Below are positions 1-9,976 of a DNA stretch of 64,000 nucleotides, piece after piece. The notes below the pieces were generated by a model that did no database searches, was not told the origin of the DNA, and saw only the letters and a program-made list of their open reading frames with translations. Source of the stretch: Nitrospirales bacterium (lineage in GTDB: Bacteria; Nitrospirota; Nitrospiria; Nitrospirales; UBA8639); the NCBI GenBank assembly GCA_965223765.1, contig OZ245016.1, positions 594,654 to 658,653 of the forward strand. Reading direction: 5' to 3'. A program made the translations under genes and the position numbers. Numbering within the stretch: the first letter of the stretch is position 1; each line of letters opens with the position of its first letter.

Positions 1-1047
1 GATTGGGCTGTTCCCTATAAAAAAGTACAACGAGTCATTAAATCCGTGAAAGTCAAATGGGTCGTCCTTTCAGACCTCAAACGCTTGGGATTCCCAATCG
101 ATAGGGCTGTGTTAGATCTTCCTCTCGAGGGACCTCATGGGACCACAATCCCATTCGTCGTGGATGCTGGAGGCTATATCCCCCACTCTACTCAGTGGTT
201 TGGGCCTGATGATCAAGACAAAGCTGCAGGGGTCGGCATAGACCAAGCTCAGAGCGCCTCCACCCTATCTGACGCCATCATGAAGCTCAATCGCGTGTTA
301 ATGATCGCCCCGGCAAACCAGCGGGCATTGAGTGTGTTTGCCGACAAACTCTACCAAGGATTCCTGAGTTACGGCGGCCGCCTACATGGCCTTCACATAG
401 CCGATGGCCGTCTTTCAAAGCGATTCAATGAGTTGTACTGGACAGTCCAGTCCCAAACTGATCGCTTTGATCTCTCATTGGGAATGGTCATTGGCGGAAA
501 GTCAGAGCCGACACCAGCCGATTATTTATACCGCATGATTCCAGTGATGGAAGCTTTGAGTTCACTCGAACCTGGGGATTTCGATAATCGCATTCGTCTG
601 GCTTCCACGTATCGCTGGACTAATGATCAAGTCGCCGCGCTATCGGCTCCACAAGAATTATTAGCAGAGGTTCCTGCCGAACAGAACGAAGTGCGTGCTG
701 CCGTGCTCTTAGAATTGGCCTGGGCCCGCATTGGGAAAGTCGCATGGAATCGTCATTACGACGATCCGGATATTCGCAAGGGCTATGAGACAGCCAAGCG
801 GGCGTTTGATCTGACCCAAGATCCCTTGAATAAGTTTACGGCCGCCTATGCTATGGCCTATAGCTTGGCCTTCCATGTGCCTCGAGATAACCAGGCTATG
901 TTTGGCCTTCTGCAACAGGCCAAGGATTGGCACAATAAGATTCCCGGAGCTACTCCGCAAAGTTGGGCCTATATGTTAGAGAACGATACGATGAAAGGAT
1001 TGGTTCAAAGCGATCCAACCTTCGAGACCCTTTTAGCGGCCCAATAA
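1..1047 (+). CDS. hypothetical protein, 5'-truncated by the window edge; helical C-terminus
   Basis: ORF 46..1047; frame stays open back to base 1 (DWAVPYKK...); no recognisable motif. Confidence 0.6.
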   Translation, partial: DWAVPYKKVQRVIKSVKVKWVVLSDLKRLGFPIDRAVLDLPLEGPHGTTIPFVVDAGGYIPHSTQWFGPDDQDKAAGVGIDQAQSASTLSDAIMKLNRVLMIAPANQRALSVFADKLYQGFLSYGGRLHGLHIADGRLSKRFNELYWTVQSQTDRFDLSLGMVIGGKSEPTPADYLYRMIPVMEALSSLEPGDFDNRIRLASTYRWTNDQVAALSAPQELLAEVPAEQNEVRAAVLLELAWARIGKVAWNRHYDDPDIRKGYETAKRAFDLTQDPLNKFTAAYAMAYSLAFHVPRDNQAMFGLLQQAKDWHNKIPGATPQSWAYMLENDTMKGLVQSDPTFETLLAAQ

Positions 1048-1092
1048 CAGCATCGTACAAGGCAATAGGCGCAGAGATTCACTTTCTAGCTG

Positions 1093-1116
1093 AGCAAGGG
1101 CATGATCGCCCTTGCT
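1093..1116 (+). terminator. hairpin, possible intrinsic terminator
   Basis: AGCAAGGGC-6nt-GCCCTTGCT perfect 9-bp stem followed by TTCT, just after the upstream stop. Confidence 0.4.
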
Positions 1117-2544
1117 TTCTGCCGTCCTCACTTTATGCCCCTTCTCGAAGACCTTATGGAATTGGACTTCCGCAAAAACCCCGCCATTCTGAGTAACATG
1201 CTGGATGTGATGGCTGACGGTGTGTTCACAGTGAATGCAAACGGACATATCGTGGCCTGGAGCATTGGCGCGGCGCGAATCACAGGGTATTCGAGTGACG
1301 ACGTCATCGGGCGTTCCTGTCACATGTTAGAAGGACAGAATTGTAAAGGGTTTCGCGTGCTGACGGAATTTCTAGAAAATCCCACGCCGTACCCCTGGGG
1401 AATCTGCAATCAAGAATGCAAGGTGTTATCGAAGGACGGACGAGAACTGTATCTCTACGGCAACGTATCTGTTCTTCGTGATGAACAAGGGCAAGTCGCT
1501 GGCGCGGTTGGAACGTTTACCGACCTGACGTCCTTCATTCTCAACAACCAAAAAATTGCGGTTTTAGAAGAACAGACAAAGTCACGAGATGCTTTTCAGC
1601 AACTCATTGGAAACAGTCCGGTCATGCAAGAAGTTTTTCGTCGCTTGCGGCTCGCCGCACAAAGCGATGTCTCAGTGCTTCTGACGGGCGAATCCGGAAC
1701 CGGCAAGGAACTAGCCGCACGGGCGATCCATGCCTTGAGTGCCAGAAACGAAAAGCCGTTTTTTGCCATTAACTGTTCAGCAATCCCAGAGCCATTACTC
1801 GAAAGTGAGTTGTTCGGACATGTAAAAGGAGCCTTCACAGGGGCTATTCGAGATAAGATCGGCGTATTTCAAGCCGCGGACGGCGGAACGCTCTTTCTCG
1901 ATGAAATCGGAGATACGAGTCCGCTACTTCAACTGAAGTTGCTTCGAGTGCTACAGGAAGGCGAAGTCCGACGAGTCGGCGATGACCGCCCCATTAACGT
2001 AAACGTCCGTCTGATTACCGCCACAAATCGAGATTTGCCGACATTAATGCGTACAGGCACATTGCGAGAAGATTTTTATTATCGCATACATGTATTTGAA
2101 ATTCGGTTGCCTCCTCTTCGAGAACGCCGTGCCGACATTCCACTGTTGGTCAATCACTTCATTCAAGAGCATGCCAAGGTCTTCAAGCGTGATATCACAG
2201 AAGTTGCGCAAGATGCATTGAAGCGTCTTCAGGAGCATGAGTGGCCGGGAAATGTCCGAGAACTCAAGAATGCCATTGAGCATGCCTTTGTGACGGTCAG
2301 AGGCAACTGCATTACTCTCTGGGACCTCCCACCCGAAATCCAGCGCCCGCTGGCTGTGCGGTCCTCGCTATCGCGTTCAACCCCATCCTCCTTGCTGGAT
2401 CCTGCGGAGGAAACCCGAATCCAAGATGCTCTAAGCCAGGCCAACGGTAACAAGACCGAGGCGGCAAAGCTTCTAGGGATAAGCCGGGTCACGCTTTGGA
2501 AAAAACTGAAACACCTTAACCTTCGATCTGTTGCCTTTACCTGA
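1102..2544 (+). CDS. sigma-54-dependent enhancer-binding protein (PAS + AAA+ + Fis HTH); true start may be 1129 or 1156
   Basis: PAS N-terminus, Walker A GESGTGKE, GAFTGA loop, LFLDEIGD, WPGNVRELKN, C-terminal NKTEAAKLLGISRVTLWKKL. Confidence 0.93.
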   Translation: MIALAFCRPHFMPLLEDLMELDFRKNPAILSNMLDVMADGVFTVNANGHIVAWSIGAARITGYSSDDVIGRSCHMLEGQNCKGFRVLTEFLENPTPYPWGICNQECKVLSKDGRELYLYGNVSVLRDEQGQVAGAVGTFTDLTSFILNNQKIAVLEEQTKSRDAFQQLIGNSPVMQEVFRRLRLAAQSDVSVLLTGESGTGKELAARAIHALSARNEKPFFAINCSAIPEPLLESELFGHVKGAFTGAIRDKIGVFQAADGGTLFLDEIGDTSPLLQLKLLRVLQEGEVRRVGDDRPINVNVRLITATNRDLPTLMRTGTLREDFYYRIHVFEIRLPPLRERRADIPLLVNHFIQEHAKVFKRDITEVAQDALKRLQEHEWPGNVRELKNAIEHAFVTVRGNCITLWDLPPEIQRPLAVRSSLSRSTPSSLLDPAEETRIQDALSQANGNKTEAAKLLGISRVTLWKKLKHLNLRSVAFT

Positions 2545-2563
2545 TCCTTCCGCATCACTTTAT

Positions 2564-2593
2564 GCGTTAATACGTTAAGGAAACAGTTAACGC
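2564..2593. promoter_or_regulatory. putative upstream activator sequence for the sigma-54 activator
   Basis: GCGTTAA-N16-TTAACGC inverted repeat containing AACAGTTAAC, about 120 bp upstream of the -24/-12 site. Confidence 0.6.
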
Positions 2594-2709
2594 CTTTGGT
2601 TCACGTTTTCCCATGTTACTGGTGATCTGGGACCATTCCATTCCTCATATTTATATTTAAGTATATGTTTTTATTAAAATTTTAATATCTTATGAACATG
2701 AAGGTACTA

Positions 2710-2725
2710 TGGTATAGATGTTGCT
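2710..2725 (+). promoter_or_regulatory. sigma-54 -24/-12 promoter
   Basis: TGGTATAGATGTTGCT (GG-N10-GC), preceded by an AT-rich tract. Confidence 0.8.
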
Positions 2726-2799
2726 GAACAACAGTTGCCAGTTGCCTAGCAATATGGCCAACATTGCAGGACTTATTACTTAACACGGGAGAGACCGGA

Positions 2800-4242
2800 A
2801 TGTTTCTGAAGCAGTTTTACTTACCCTGTTTGGCCCATGCTTCTTATATGGTTGCGGACGAGTCAAGTCACACAGCCATCATCGTGGATCCGCAACGAGA
2901 TATTGATCAGTATGTACAGGAGGCCCGTTCCCATGGATGCCAGATTCGTTACGTATTCCTTACTCATTTTCACGCGGATTTTTTGGCGGGGCATCTGGAA
3001 ATTCAGAAACTGACTGGTGCGGATATCTGTATGGGTTCTAACGCCCAAACCGATTTTTCTATCACCACATTTAAGGATGGCGAGGTCCTCGAGTTTGGAA
3101 CCGTCAAAATCAAGGTCTTGGAAACACCCGGCCATACACCAGAGAGTATTTCATTAGTCGTCTATGATCTCACTACCAGTTCTGAGCAACCACATAGCGT
3201 CCTGACCGGTGACACCCTATTCATTGGTGATGTAGGACGGCCCGACCTTATGGCATCTGTAGGACTCTCTGCCGAAAAGCTGGGTGGCCACTTATATGAT
3301 TCTCTTCGAAACCAATTGATGCCGTTGCCGGATGAAACCTTGGTGTACCCCGCTCACGGTGCGGGATCCATGTGTGGGAAAAATCTGAGTCGTGACACTG
3401 TTTCAACGATAGGCAAACAGCGACGGGAAAATTACGCGCTACAACCCATGACAAAAGATGAGTTTATTCGGTTAATCACCGCCGATCAGCCAGAAACGCC
3501 AGCCTATTTTGGTTATGACGCGCAGATGAATCGGAAAGCACACCAGACTCTGGAAGAGGTTGTGAGAAACAGTTACCGTCCCTTGAACATGGGTACCGTG
3601 TTGGACTATCAACGCAAGGGAGCGCACATTCTTGATGCCAGGGAGGCTGCTGATTATGCCCGAGGTCATCTAGAAGGGAGTCTCAATATTGGGTTAGAGG
3701 GAAAATTTGCGACATGGGCAGGCACGTTACTCGACATACGACGTCCGGTGGTGTTGATCACAACGCCCGGAACAGAAAAAGAAGCCATTGCTCGTTTAGG
3801 TCGTATTGGGTACGACCGAGTTGTAGGGTATGTGGAAGGCGGCATACACGCCTTCGTAGAACGACCTGACTTGATGCAACAGACCCACCGTATTTCGGCG
3901 CAACGCTTAGCGGAATTACTGACCACAAATGATTCCCCCACGGTAGTGGACGTCCGTACCGAAAAAGAATGGAACGCCGGACATATCGATTGGAGTATCA
4001 ATATTCCTTTGCCACACCTGGCCGAAGAGATTCATCGGATTCCTGAGAAATCACGGATAGTCGTACATTGTGTCAGTGGCTATCGATCATCCGCCGCCAT
4101 TGGAATTTTGGAGCAAGCCGGAAAATATGAACCCATGGATTTGATCGGTGGCTACGACGCCTGGATTACCACCTGGGGACACTCCAAACAGACGCATTCG
4201 TTAGAATGCACTACAAGTGGTACAGCAGAACGAACAACATGA
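2800..4242 (+). CDS. MBL-fold persulfide dioxygenase with pseudo-rhodanese and rhodanese domains (CstB/Blh-like)
   Basis: THFHADF metal motif, TPGHTPES, TGDTLFIGDVGRPDL, YPAHGAGSMCG, C-terminal HCVSGYRS; ATG 2800 with GGAGAG RBS. Confidence 0.88.
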   Translation: MFLKQFYLPCLAHASYMVADESSHTAIIVDPQRDIDQYVQEARSHGCQIRYVFLTHFHADFLAGHLEIQKLTGADICMGSNAQTDFSITTFKDGEVLEFGTVKIKVLETPGHTPESISLVVYDLTTSSEQPHSVLTGDTLFIGDVGRPDLMASVGLSAEKLGGHLYDSLRNQLMPLPDETLVYPAHGAGSMCGKNLSRDTVSTIGKQRRENYALQPMTKDEFIRLITADQPETPAYFGYDAQMNRKAHQTLEEVVRNSYRPLNMGTVLDYQRKGAHILDAREAADYARGHLEGSLNIGLEGKFATWAGTLLDIRRPVVLITTPGTEKEAIARLGRIGYDRVVGYVEGGIHAFVERPDLMQQTHRISAQRLAELLTTNDSPTVVDVRTEKEWNAGHIDWSINIPLPHLAEEIHRIPEKSRIVVHCVSGYRSSAAIGILEQAGKYEPMDLIGGYDAWITTWGHSKQTHSLECTTSGTAERTT

Positions 4243-4252
4243 GGAGAAGGCT

Positions 4253-4837
4253 ATGAACACTATACTCGACCATCAAGACACAGCAAATACGAATGCCACT
4301 CACAGCCGTACGAATTTGGGAAACGCCCCCGTGTATATTGACGTCAGAACGCCCCTGGAATTTGAGACGGTGCATATTCCCGAGGCCCGTAACATTCCTC
4401 TGCCAGAGCTCCATCGCTATTTAGGCGAACTCAAAACTCTTTCTGAAGACCACACCCTCATGTTGGTATGCCGCACACAAAATCGAGTCAAGATCGCCTA
4501 TGACTACCTCACGAATAACGGTCTCACCAATTGTGATATCCTCGAAGGGGGTATCACAGCCTGGATTGCACAGGACAAACCAGTGATCAGGGGACCTCAA
4601 CGACTCTCGCTCGAAGGGCAAGTGCGAGCGATCGCCGGGGGATTGATTCTGCTGGGAGTCGCAACGGGATTTTTGGTGCACAATGGGTTCTTTTTCTTAC
4701 CAGTCCTTGTCGGTGCTGGACTTCTCCATGCTGGATTAACAGATTCCTGTCTGATGGGCTTAGTACTCGCCAAACTTCCCATGAATACGACTGGAAATAC
4801 CCCCTCCTCAATTGAAAAGAAAGGAGGCCGGCCATGA
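4253..4837 (+). CDS. rhodanese + DUF2892 (YgaP-like) membrane protein
   Basis: IDVRTPLEF..HIP, active-site CRTQNR, LEGGITAW, C-terminal TM pair with GLTDSCLM; RBS GAGGAG before ATG 4253. Confidence 0.85.
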   Translation: MNTILDHQDTANTNATHSRTNLGNAPVYIDVRTPLEFETVHIPEARNIPLPELHRYLGELKTLSEDHTLMLVCRTQNRVKIAYDYLTNNGLTNCDILEGGITAWIAQDKPVIRGPQRLSLEGQVRAIAGGLILLGVATGFLVHNGFFFLPVLVGAGLLHAGLTDSCLMGLVLAKLPMNTTGNTPSSIEKKGGRP

Positions 4838-5055
4838 ATTGTCCACGATGTGAAGGTCTACTCATGAGCGATCAAGTGTTTCACTCAGCGGAAGCCCTCT
4901 ACATGTTATCGATTTGGCGGTGTTTGAACTGCGGCGAGGTGTTTGATTCCACTACCCTTCAAAATCGTACGAACCAGAACAAGAATGGGGCCCTGGCTCA
5001 TCCAAAGTCTACCCATTGGTCCGACGCCCGAAGCCCGTTGGCTATCAGAGGGTAG
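4834..5055 (+). CDS. small zinc-ribbon-like protein (CxxC...CxxC)
   Basis: MNCPRCEG...WRCLNCGE; ATGA overlap with upstream stop; GGAGG RBS. Confidence 0.7.
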   Translation: MNCPRCEGLLMSDQVFHSAEALYMLSIWRCLNCGEVFDSTTLQNRTNQNKNGALAHPKSTHWSDARSPLAIRG

Positions 5056-5123
5056 AAGACCTATAATTTTTCTCAGACAGATTCAGATTGGTCCGTTACA
5101 TCATCAACCATAAGGAGGTCTCA

Positions 5124-5642
5124 ATGCATCGTTCAATCCGTTCATATTGTGTCGTTGGCGCATTTAGCCTGTTCGCAATGGGGTGTATGACCACCCCAGC
5201 CATGAGCGACGGGCCTGGCCCAGCTCAAGGGTATGATATTCATGTTCAAGCCCCGCATCTGATGCCGGATGGGACACCTGGAGGACCATTTCATCACTAT
5301 TGCAAAGGAATTAGCGACAAGATTTTGCAATGTCTTCTGTTTGAAACCACAGAAGCCAATGCCCCCTTAGTGGCAATAGAGTACTTCGTCGCCAAAGATC
5401 TTTCACGAAAACTCCCGCTAATCCAATGGCATCGATACTTCCATGACCACAAGCAAGAAATTGCGACTGGTCGAGTGCAGATTCTCGACATTGAAGATCA
5501 AGAAAAAGTCAAAGCCATCGCTGATGCCGCGTCTAAGACCGATGGCGTCATTTATCATCTCTGGCAAAAAGGAAAAGAATTCCCCGATGGGACGGTCACG
5601 TACCCCCAGTCCCTAGGGCATATTTTCAACCAGCCGGAATAA
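5124..5642 (+). CDS. DUF1264/OBAP-like exported protein, possible lipoprotein
   Basis: HHYCK, QCLLF, AIEYFV, HDH motifs; signal peptide ending FAMGC; AAGGAGG RBS. Confidence 0.7.
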   Translation: MHRSIRSYCVVGAFSLFAMGCMTTPAMSDGPGPAQGYDIHVQAPHLMPDGTPGGPFHHYCKGISDKILQCLLFETTEANAPLVAIEYFVAKDLSRKLPLIQWHRYFHDHKQEIATGRVQILDIEDQEKVKAIADAASKTDGVIYHLWQKGKEFPDGTVTYPQSLGHIFNQPE

Positions 5643-5656
5643 CCATCTAGGCGAAA

Positions 5657-5679
5657 CGGGGGACCATTATGGTCCCCCG
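5657..5679. repeat. perfect 11-bp-arm inverted repeat
   Basis: CGGGGGACCAT-T-ATGGTCCCCCG between two genes. Confidence 0.75.
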
Positions 5680-5681
5680 CG

Positions 5682-6179
5682 TTGCCAGAGCATGGGGCCA
5701 TGACACCTCAAAAGTTTGCAAGAACAGTAGAGACTTGGGGACTCGTCCTGAGCATGATGAGCTATAGTCTCGTCGCCGTAGCAGCAGACCCAGCTGTCTT
5801 AACGCCACGAGTGCCGGCGGATCAAATGAAAGAAGTCCGAACCTGGACAAATCCGTTTCCGTCAACGTCGGAGAATATAGAAAAAGGCCGAAAGATTTTT
5901 CACGGAAAAGCATTTTGTGTCACCTGTCATGGACGTGACGGCAAAGGGCTCGGGAACATTCCCGGCTTGCGTGGAAAATTGCCTCGAAACTTTACGGATA
6001 CCACTTGGCAGGCAGCACGCACAGATGGGGAATTATTTTGGATCTTGAAAAATGGAAGCCCAGGAACAGATATGGCCTCCTTCGTGCCGCTGGTTCTCAG
6101 TGAACAGGAAGCTTGGTATGTGTTATTATATGTCAGAGCATTCGGTAACAAGGTATCGCTGGGAGAATCCACACCATGA
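5682..6179 (+). CDS. monoheme cytochrome c (start possibly 5700)
   Basis: signal peptide, CVTCH, distal Met in GSPGTDM. Confidence 0.85.
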   Translation: MPEHGAMTPQKFARTVETWGLVLSMMSYSLVAVAADPAVLTPRVPADQMKEVRTWTNPFPSTSENIEKGRKIFHGKAFCVTCHGRDGKGLGNIPGLRGKLPRNFTDTTWQAARTDGELFWILKNGSPGTDMASFVPLVLSEQEAWYVLLYVRAFGNKVSLGESTP

Positions 6180-6580
6180 CTGGCCTGCCCGCCCTTGCTT
6201 TTTCCAGTTGGCTCGTCTTCTCTTCTGTTCAGATTTCCAACCCAGCTCTTAGTTCTCTGCCACCCGAACCTGATGAAACTAGCCGGATCGATGAAATCTA
6301 CGACCAAGAATCCCGCCTATTTCTGTCTCTCTACTCCTTGAAAGGTAATGGAGAAGTCGACTACATCACGGGGCGTACCGTAGAAGGACATATCCGAAGT
6401 TCCTATGGGAATCCCGTCTACTATCTTCCTGAACACCCGATCTTCTATTGGTGGAACCACACCATGTGGAACGATCCCTTGTTAGATGGCGTCAATGGCA
6501 ATGAATTAGTGTATCAAGAAGATACTGAATTCGATGTGAGCCGCTACAAACCCTGCCTCTTCAATGGACAACCGTGTTAG
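6176..6580 (+). CDS. exported hypothetical protein
   Basis: ATGA overlap with the cytochrome gene, hydrophobic N-terminus. Confidence 0.65.
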   Translation: MTGLPALAFSSWLVFSSVQISNPALSSLPPEPDETSRIDEIYDQESRLFLSLYSLKGNGEVDYITGRTVEGHIRSSYGNPVYYLPEHPIFYWWNHTMWNDPLLDGVNGNELVYQEDTEFDVSRYKPCLFNGQPC

Positions 6581-6715
6581 AAGAAATCGTCTTCACTATT
6601 CTTGATCTGTCAGTAAACAACCCCCAGCTTTCCATATCAACAAAACCTAAAATAGGATTCTATGGAGAATAAACAACTGGAGAAAAAGGTTAGTGGAATT
6701 TTTGATCAATACAGA

Positions 6716-8341
6716 TTATTGGGTAAAGCATGTTATCGCTTTGCATAGAATCTGATCTGATTCTCCATAGTGCTCAATACTTTGCGTGAGAAGAAATTCT
6801 CCAGCTCGCATTACGTGTTCTGATCCGTACGCGCGCGTCAAGTCTTTACTTGCCAAGATATAACAAAGAGTGGCTCCGGCAAAAGCAACCGCACGTGGGG
6901 CCATTTGTGGCCACGAGTCACTGATTCCTCGTTGATAGGTATCAACGATGGTCTGGATGGTCGTATACCAAGAATTGTCTGCAGATGAATTTAAAGCCCA
7001 ATAGACGTAATGCCCAAGAAACATTCCCAGATCCAAAGCTGGGTCGCCCCAACTGGAGCTGCGTTCGAAGTCGATCACACCTATTTCCCCATCCCGGAAC
7101 AATACATTTTTAGGATGAAAATCCAGATGCAGAAAACAAGGTTGCGCGACTTGCTCGCTGGCAAGCTTGAGATTCTTCAGATTGCTAAATGTATCTATTG
7201 AGAACTTTTCTGATGGAAGGGCCACGGTATACAGATCGAGAATCGACTTCCAATGTTTCTGGTCGGCCTCTGGAGTACCCCATAGAACTGGGGCATGGGG
7301 TATCGTATGGCATTTCCTGAGAAATTGGCAGGCCTTGCTAGCGATGACTGGATCAAAAATGCCTCGCTGAAGGTTGTCTTGTAGCGAAGAGCCGTGGGGA
7401 CAGACTTCAGACAACACAACGATCCACGTCTTTTTATCAAAGTGAATCACTGTAGGAATTTCAAAATCCGTATTGAGATGCGTGGCCAACCATTTCAGGA
7501 CTTTCCGTTCGACTGAAAGACGTTCCCGGGGTTTCAGAGTGTGAGCTCCGCTCCACTCTTCTATTCCCAGAGCATCTCCAGCATACTTGATGAAGACAAC
7601 ACGTTCATCTTCGAGTCTGGCGCGAAATACCTGATCTGGTTTGTCTGATGATGAGCAAGATAGTTTTTTTATAGGCCCAAGATTGCTTCGGTTCATCACC
7701 GCATGAATTTTCGCTTGCACGATCGTCTGGAGTTCCAGGATACCTTCCTGGCAGATTGCCCAAATTTCTTCACGCTGCTGGCACGTGAGATGATTGGGAA
7801 GGGCTGAGAAGAATCTGCTCTTTCCAGCATCACCTTCAATGAGTGCGGTCCGTAAATCCGCTGAACGTACCGAATACGCGCCTGTTGGCGCTTGAATGAT
7901 GTTGGCATCAACTCCATATTGCCTCTCCAATTCTTCGAGCTTCCTAAATCGATCGTCACCCCGCTTGAGATCAGTCTCACCAAGACAAAACAATAGCGAA
8001 TCTCCATTCTGACAATGGGCAAAATACTTGAGTGCATGTCCAACAGCGGTGTGCGAGGCAATCTCTATTCGAACTTTCTCAAGATTCCCCAAGAAAAGCA
8101 GCCAAATTCGTCGGGCGATCGTGGCATCAAGAGCTAAAGTTGTTCCCGGGATTAATCGAGCCCGATTAGAAATAATAACCACGATTTCATCGATATCGGA
8201 TCGTGTCAGAAGATAACGCACTGCAGCATAGTGCGCGGCATGGGGGGGGCGAAAAGCGCCAGGATACAACGCGATGACACGTCCAGCTGATTTCTTTGTG
8301 GAGATAAATTCCGAGATCTGATGACTCATCGTGCGATTCAT
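6716..8341 (-). CDS. cytidylyltransferase-like domain fused to an APH/methylthioribose-kinase-like phosphotransferase
   Basis: N-terminal YPGAFRPPHAAH (HxGH-type); C-terminal HLDFHPKN...VIDFE...GDPALDLG. Confidence 0.75.
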   Translation of the reverse strand: MNRTMSHQISEFISTKKSAGRVIALYPGAFRPPHAAHYAAVRYLLTRSDIDEIVVIISNRARLIPGTTLALDATIARRIWLLFLGNLEKVRIEIASHTAVGHALKYFAHCQNGDSLLFCLGETDLKRGDDRFRKLEELERQYGVDANIIQAPTGAYSVRSADLRTALIEGDAGKSRFFSALPNHLTCQQREEIWAICQEGILELQTIVQAKIHAVMNRSNLGPIKKLSCSSSDKPDQVFRARLEDERVVFIKYAGDALGIEEWSGAHTLKPRERLSVERKVLKWLATHLNTDFEIPTVIHFDKKTWIVVLSEVCPHGSSLQDNLQRGIFDPVIASKACQFLRKCHTIPHAPVLWGTPEADQKHWKSILDLYTVALPSEKFSIDTFSNLKNLKLASEQVAQPCFLHLDFHPKNVLFRDGEIGVIDFERSSSWGDPALDLGMFLGHYVYWALNSSADNSWYTTIQTIVDTYQRGISDSWPQMAPRAVAFAGATLCYILASKDLTRAYGSEHVMRAGEFLLTQSIEHYGESDQILCKAITCFTQ

Positions 8342-8373
8342 GGATTGGCAGGAATAGGTGATAGAAGAAAAAG

Positions 8374-9867
8374 CTAGAAAGATAGTTGGATGTCGAAACG
8401 CGCTTCGAATGCGGGGTCATCATCAATGAAAGCTTTTCCTGGCATAAAATACCCTGTTCTGAGGCGGAACCGCATATTTTGAATGGCTCGAACCCCAACG
8501 ATAAGATCGATTTCTTTTCCAAGATCTTTGTTGGCGCCGTTTAGGTCGCCTCTGACATCGATATCTCGTAGCTCATCCGAACGCCAATTTTGTTTGTAGT
8601 AGTGGTAGACGATATCTATCGATGTTCTGGGAATGGGCCGAAAGCCAATGCCGACCGTATAGATGTGCATGTTGCTGAGTTCAGGATCGAATAGCACACC
8701 GTAATAGTCAAAGTTCACGACACCTCCGAACTTCCCTGAATTGTTCTGGAACCCAGTCTGCCGAAAATTTCGGTCATTTCCCTTTGATGAATCATTGTCA
8801 CCAGAGCCATATGCGAATCCCAGAGTGAAATACGGTTGGAAAGCAATCTTTCTAGCGATATACGTCGCCCCAACATCAAAGGCAAAACCTCTGATCGCCT
8901 GACCTTGTTGAGTCCCTCCTACAAATGCAGCATCGATCCAGTATCGAAGGCGGGGCTTAAAGAATTCTCTCAAGGTCCCGGATTCGAATAGATCGAATTT
9001 GAACTTCGGCCGTCCGTAGGAGCGAATGCCAACCCAAATCGGATTATCGTCGTTAGAGGATGTATCTTTCCTCTGCAAGACATAACTACTCAAGAATGAC
9101 TTTTGTTTTTGAGGCCCAATCACATATCCTGTTTCGAACAGGAGGTCAAACTGCCGGCGTTTTCGAAAAATATCATCGAAATAGCGATAATCTTCTTCTC
9201 GATCAAGGACTGGGGTTGAGATGGAAGTTTTGAAATGCCAGGGATCAGGGTCAAAGAAAAAACGAATGCCATCCAATTCTTCATTGAGATACCAGCGTCT
9301 TGGCTCAAAAAACTGTTGCCTTCCAACTCTCAGGGCAGATGGAATGGTAAATGGTAATGGAGCCTGAATGAAGAGCTCGTTTACTTGGGCCTCGACTCTG
9401 TTGACCTTCTCGACATTTTCCTGAAAGGTCAATTCATCTTCAATGCCCAACTCGGAAAAAAAATAAAACCCCTGAGGAAAAGTTAAGATAAAGTTCACAT
9501 CTAATCCGGGAGTGAAACGAAGACGATCTTGTTGATTGTTCTTGTCAAGATTGAGGTTGTCTTGCCAGGTGGTGTCTACATTCAATGCTCCTGTAAATGT
9601 CAGAAGGGTGTTGCCGATTGTCGCTTGAATTTGTGAATCGGGACGGAGTCTCTCGTCATCCCCACGCAGTGCGATGGCGTTGGTTTCTTTTTCGAGTTCT
9701 TTCTTTTGTTGGTCCGGGTCTGTTTCGACAGAAGGTGGAGGAGCCACAGTCGCGGCATGTACCATTTCAATTTTCCACCATGGAACATGATCGGAGCAGG
9801 CAAGGACTAAAACGTACAGAACTCCCAGAAGCCAGATGTTTGTTCGTCGAGACACGATGGACGTCAT
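8374..9867 (-). CDS. alginate export (AlgE-like) outer-membrane porin
   Basis: beta-strand pattern, VGRQQF...WY...DG, GSGD...FRQTGFQNN, DLGKEIDL, terminal Phe. Confidence 0.8.
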   Translation of the reverse strand: MTSIVSRRTNIWLLGVLYVLVLACSDHVPWWKIEMVHAATVAPPPSVETDPDQQKKELEKETNAIALRGDDERLRPDSQIQATIGNTLLTFTGALNVDTTWQDNLNLDKNNQQDRLRFTPGLDVNFILTFPQGFYFFSELGIEDELTFQENVEKVNRVEAQVNELFIQAPLPFTIPSALRVGRQQFFEPRRWYLNEELDGIRFFFDPDPWHFKTSISTPVLDREEDYRYFDDIFRKRRQFDLLFETGYVIGPQKQKSFLSSYVLQRKDTSSNDDNPIWVGIRSYGRPKFKFDLFESGTLREFFKPRLRYWIDAAFVGGTQQGQAIRGFAFDVGATYIARKIAFQPYFTLGFAYGSGDNDSSKGNDRNFRQTGFQNNSGKFGGVVNFDYYGVLFDPELSNMHIYTVGIGFRPIPRTSIDIVYHYYKQNWRSDELRDIDVRGDLNGANKDLGKEIDLIVGVRAIQNMRFRLRTGYFMPGKAFIDDDPAFEARFDIQLSF

Positions 9868-9976
9868 AACGTCGCTGGTCTGTAGGCTCTAGACACGCGC
9901 ATGACGTCCAAGAGTGGTTCGAAAAGTCTGCGCTGAACAGAAGAGTCTCTATAAAAACATGGCCGCATCTTGATTC

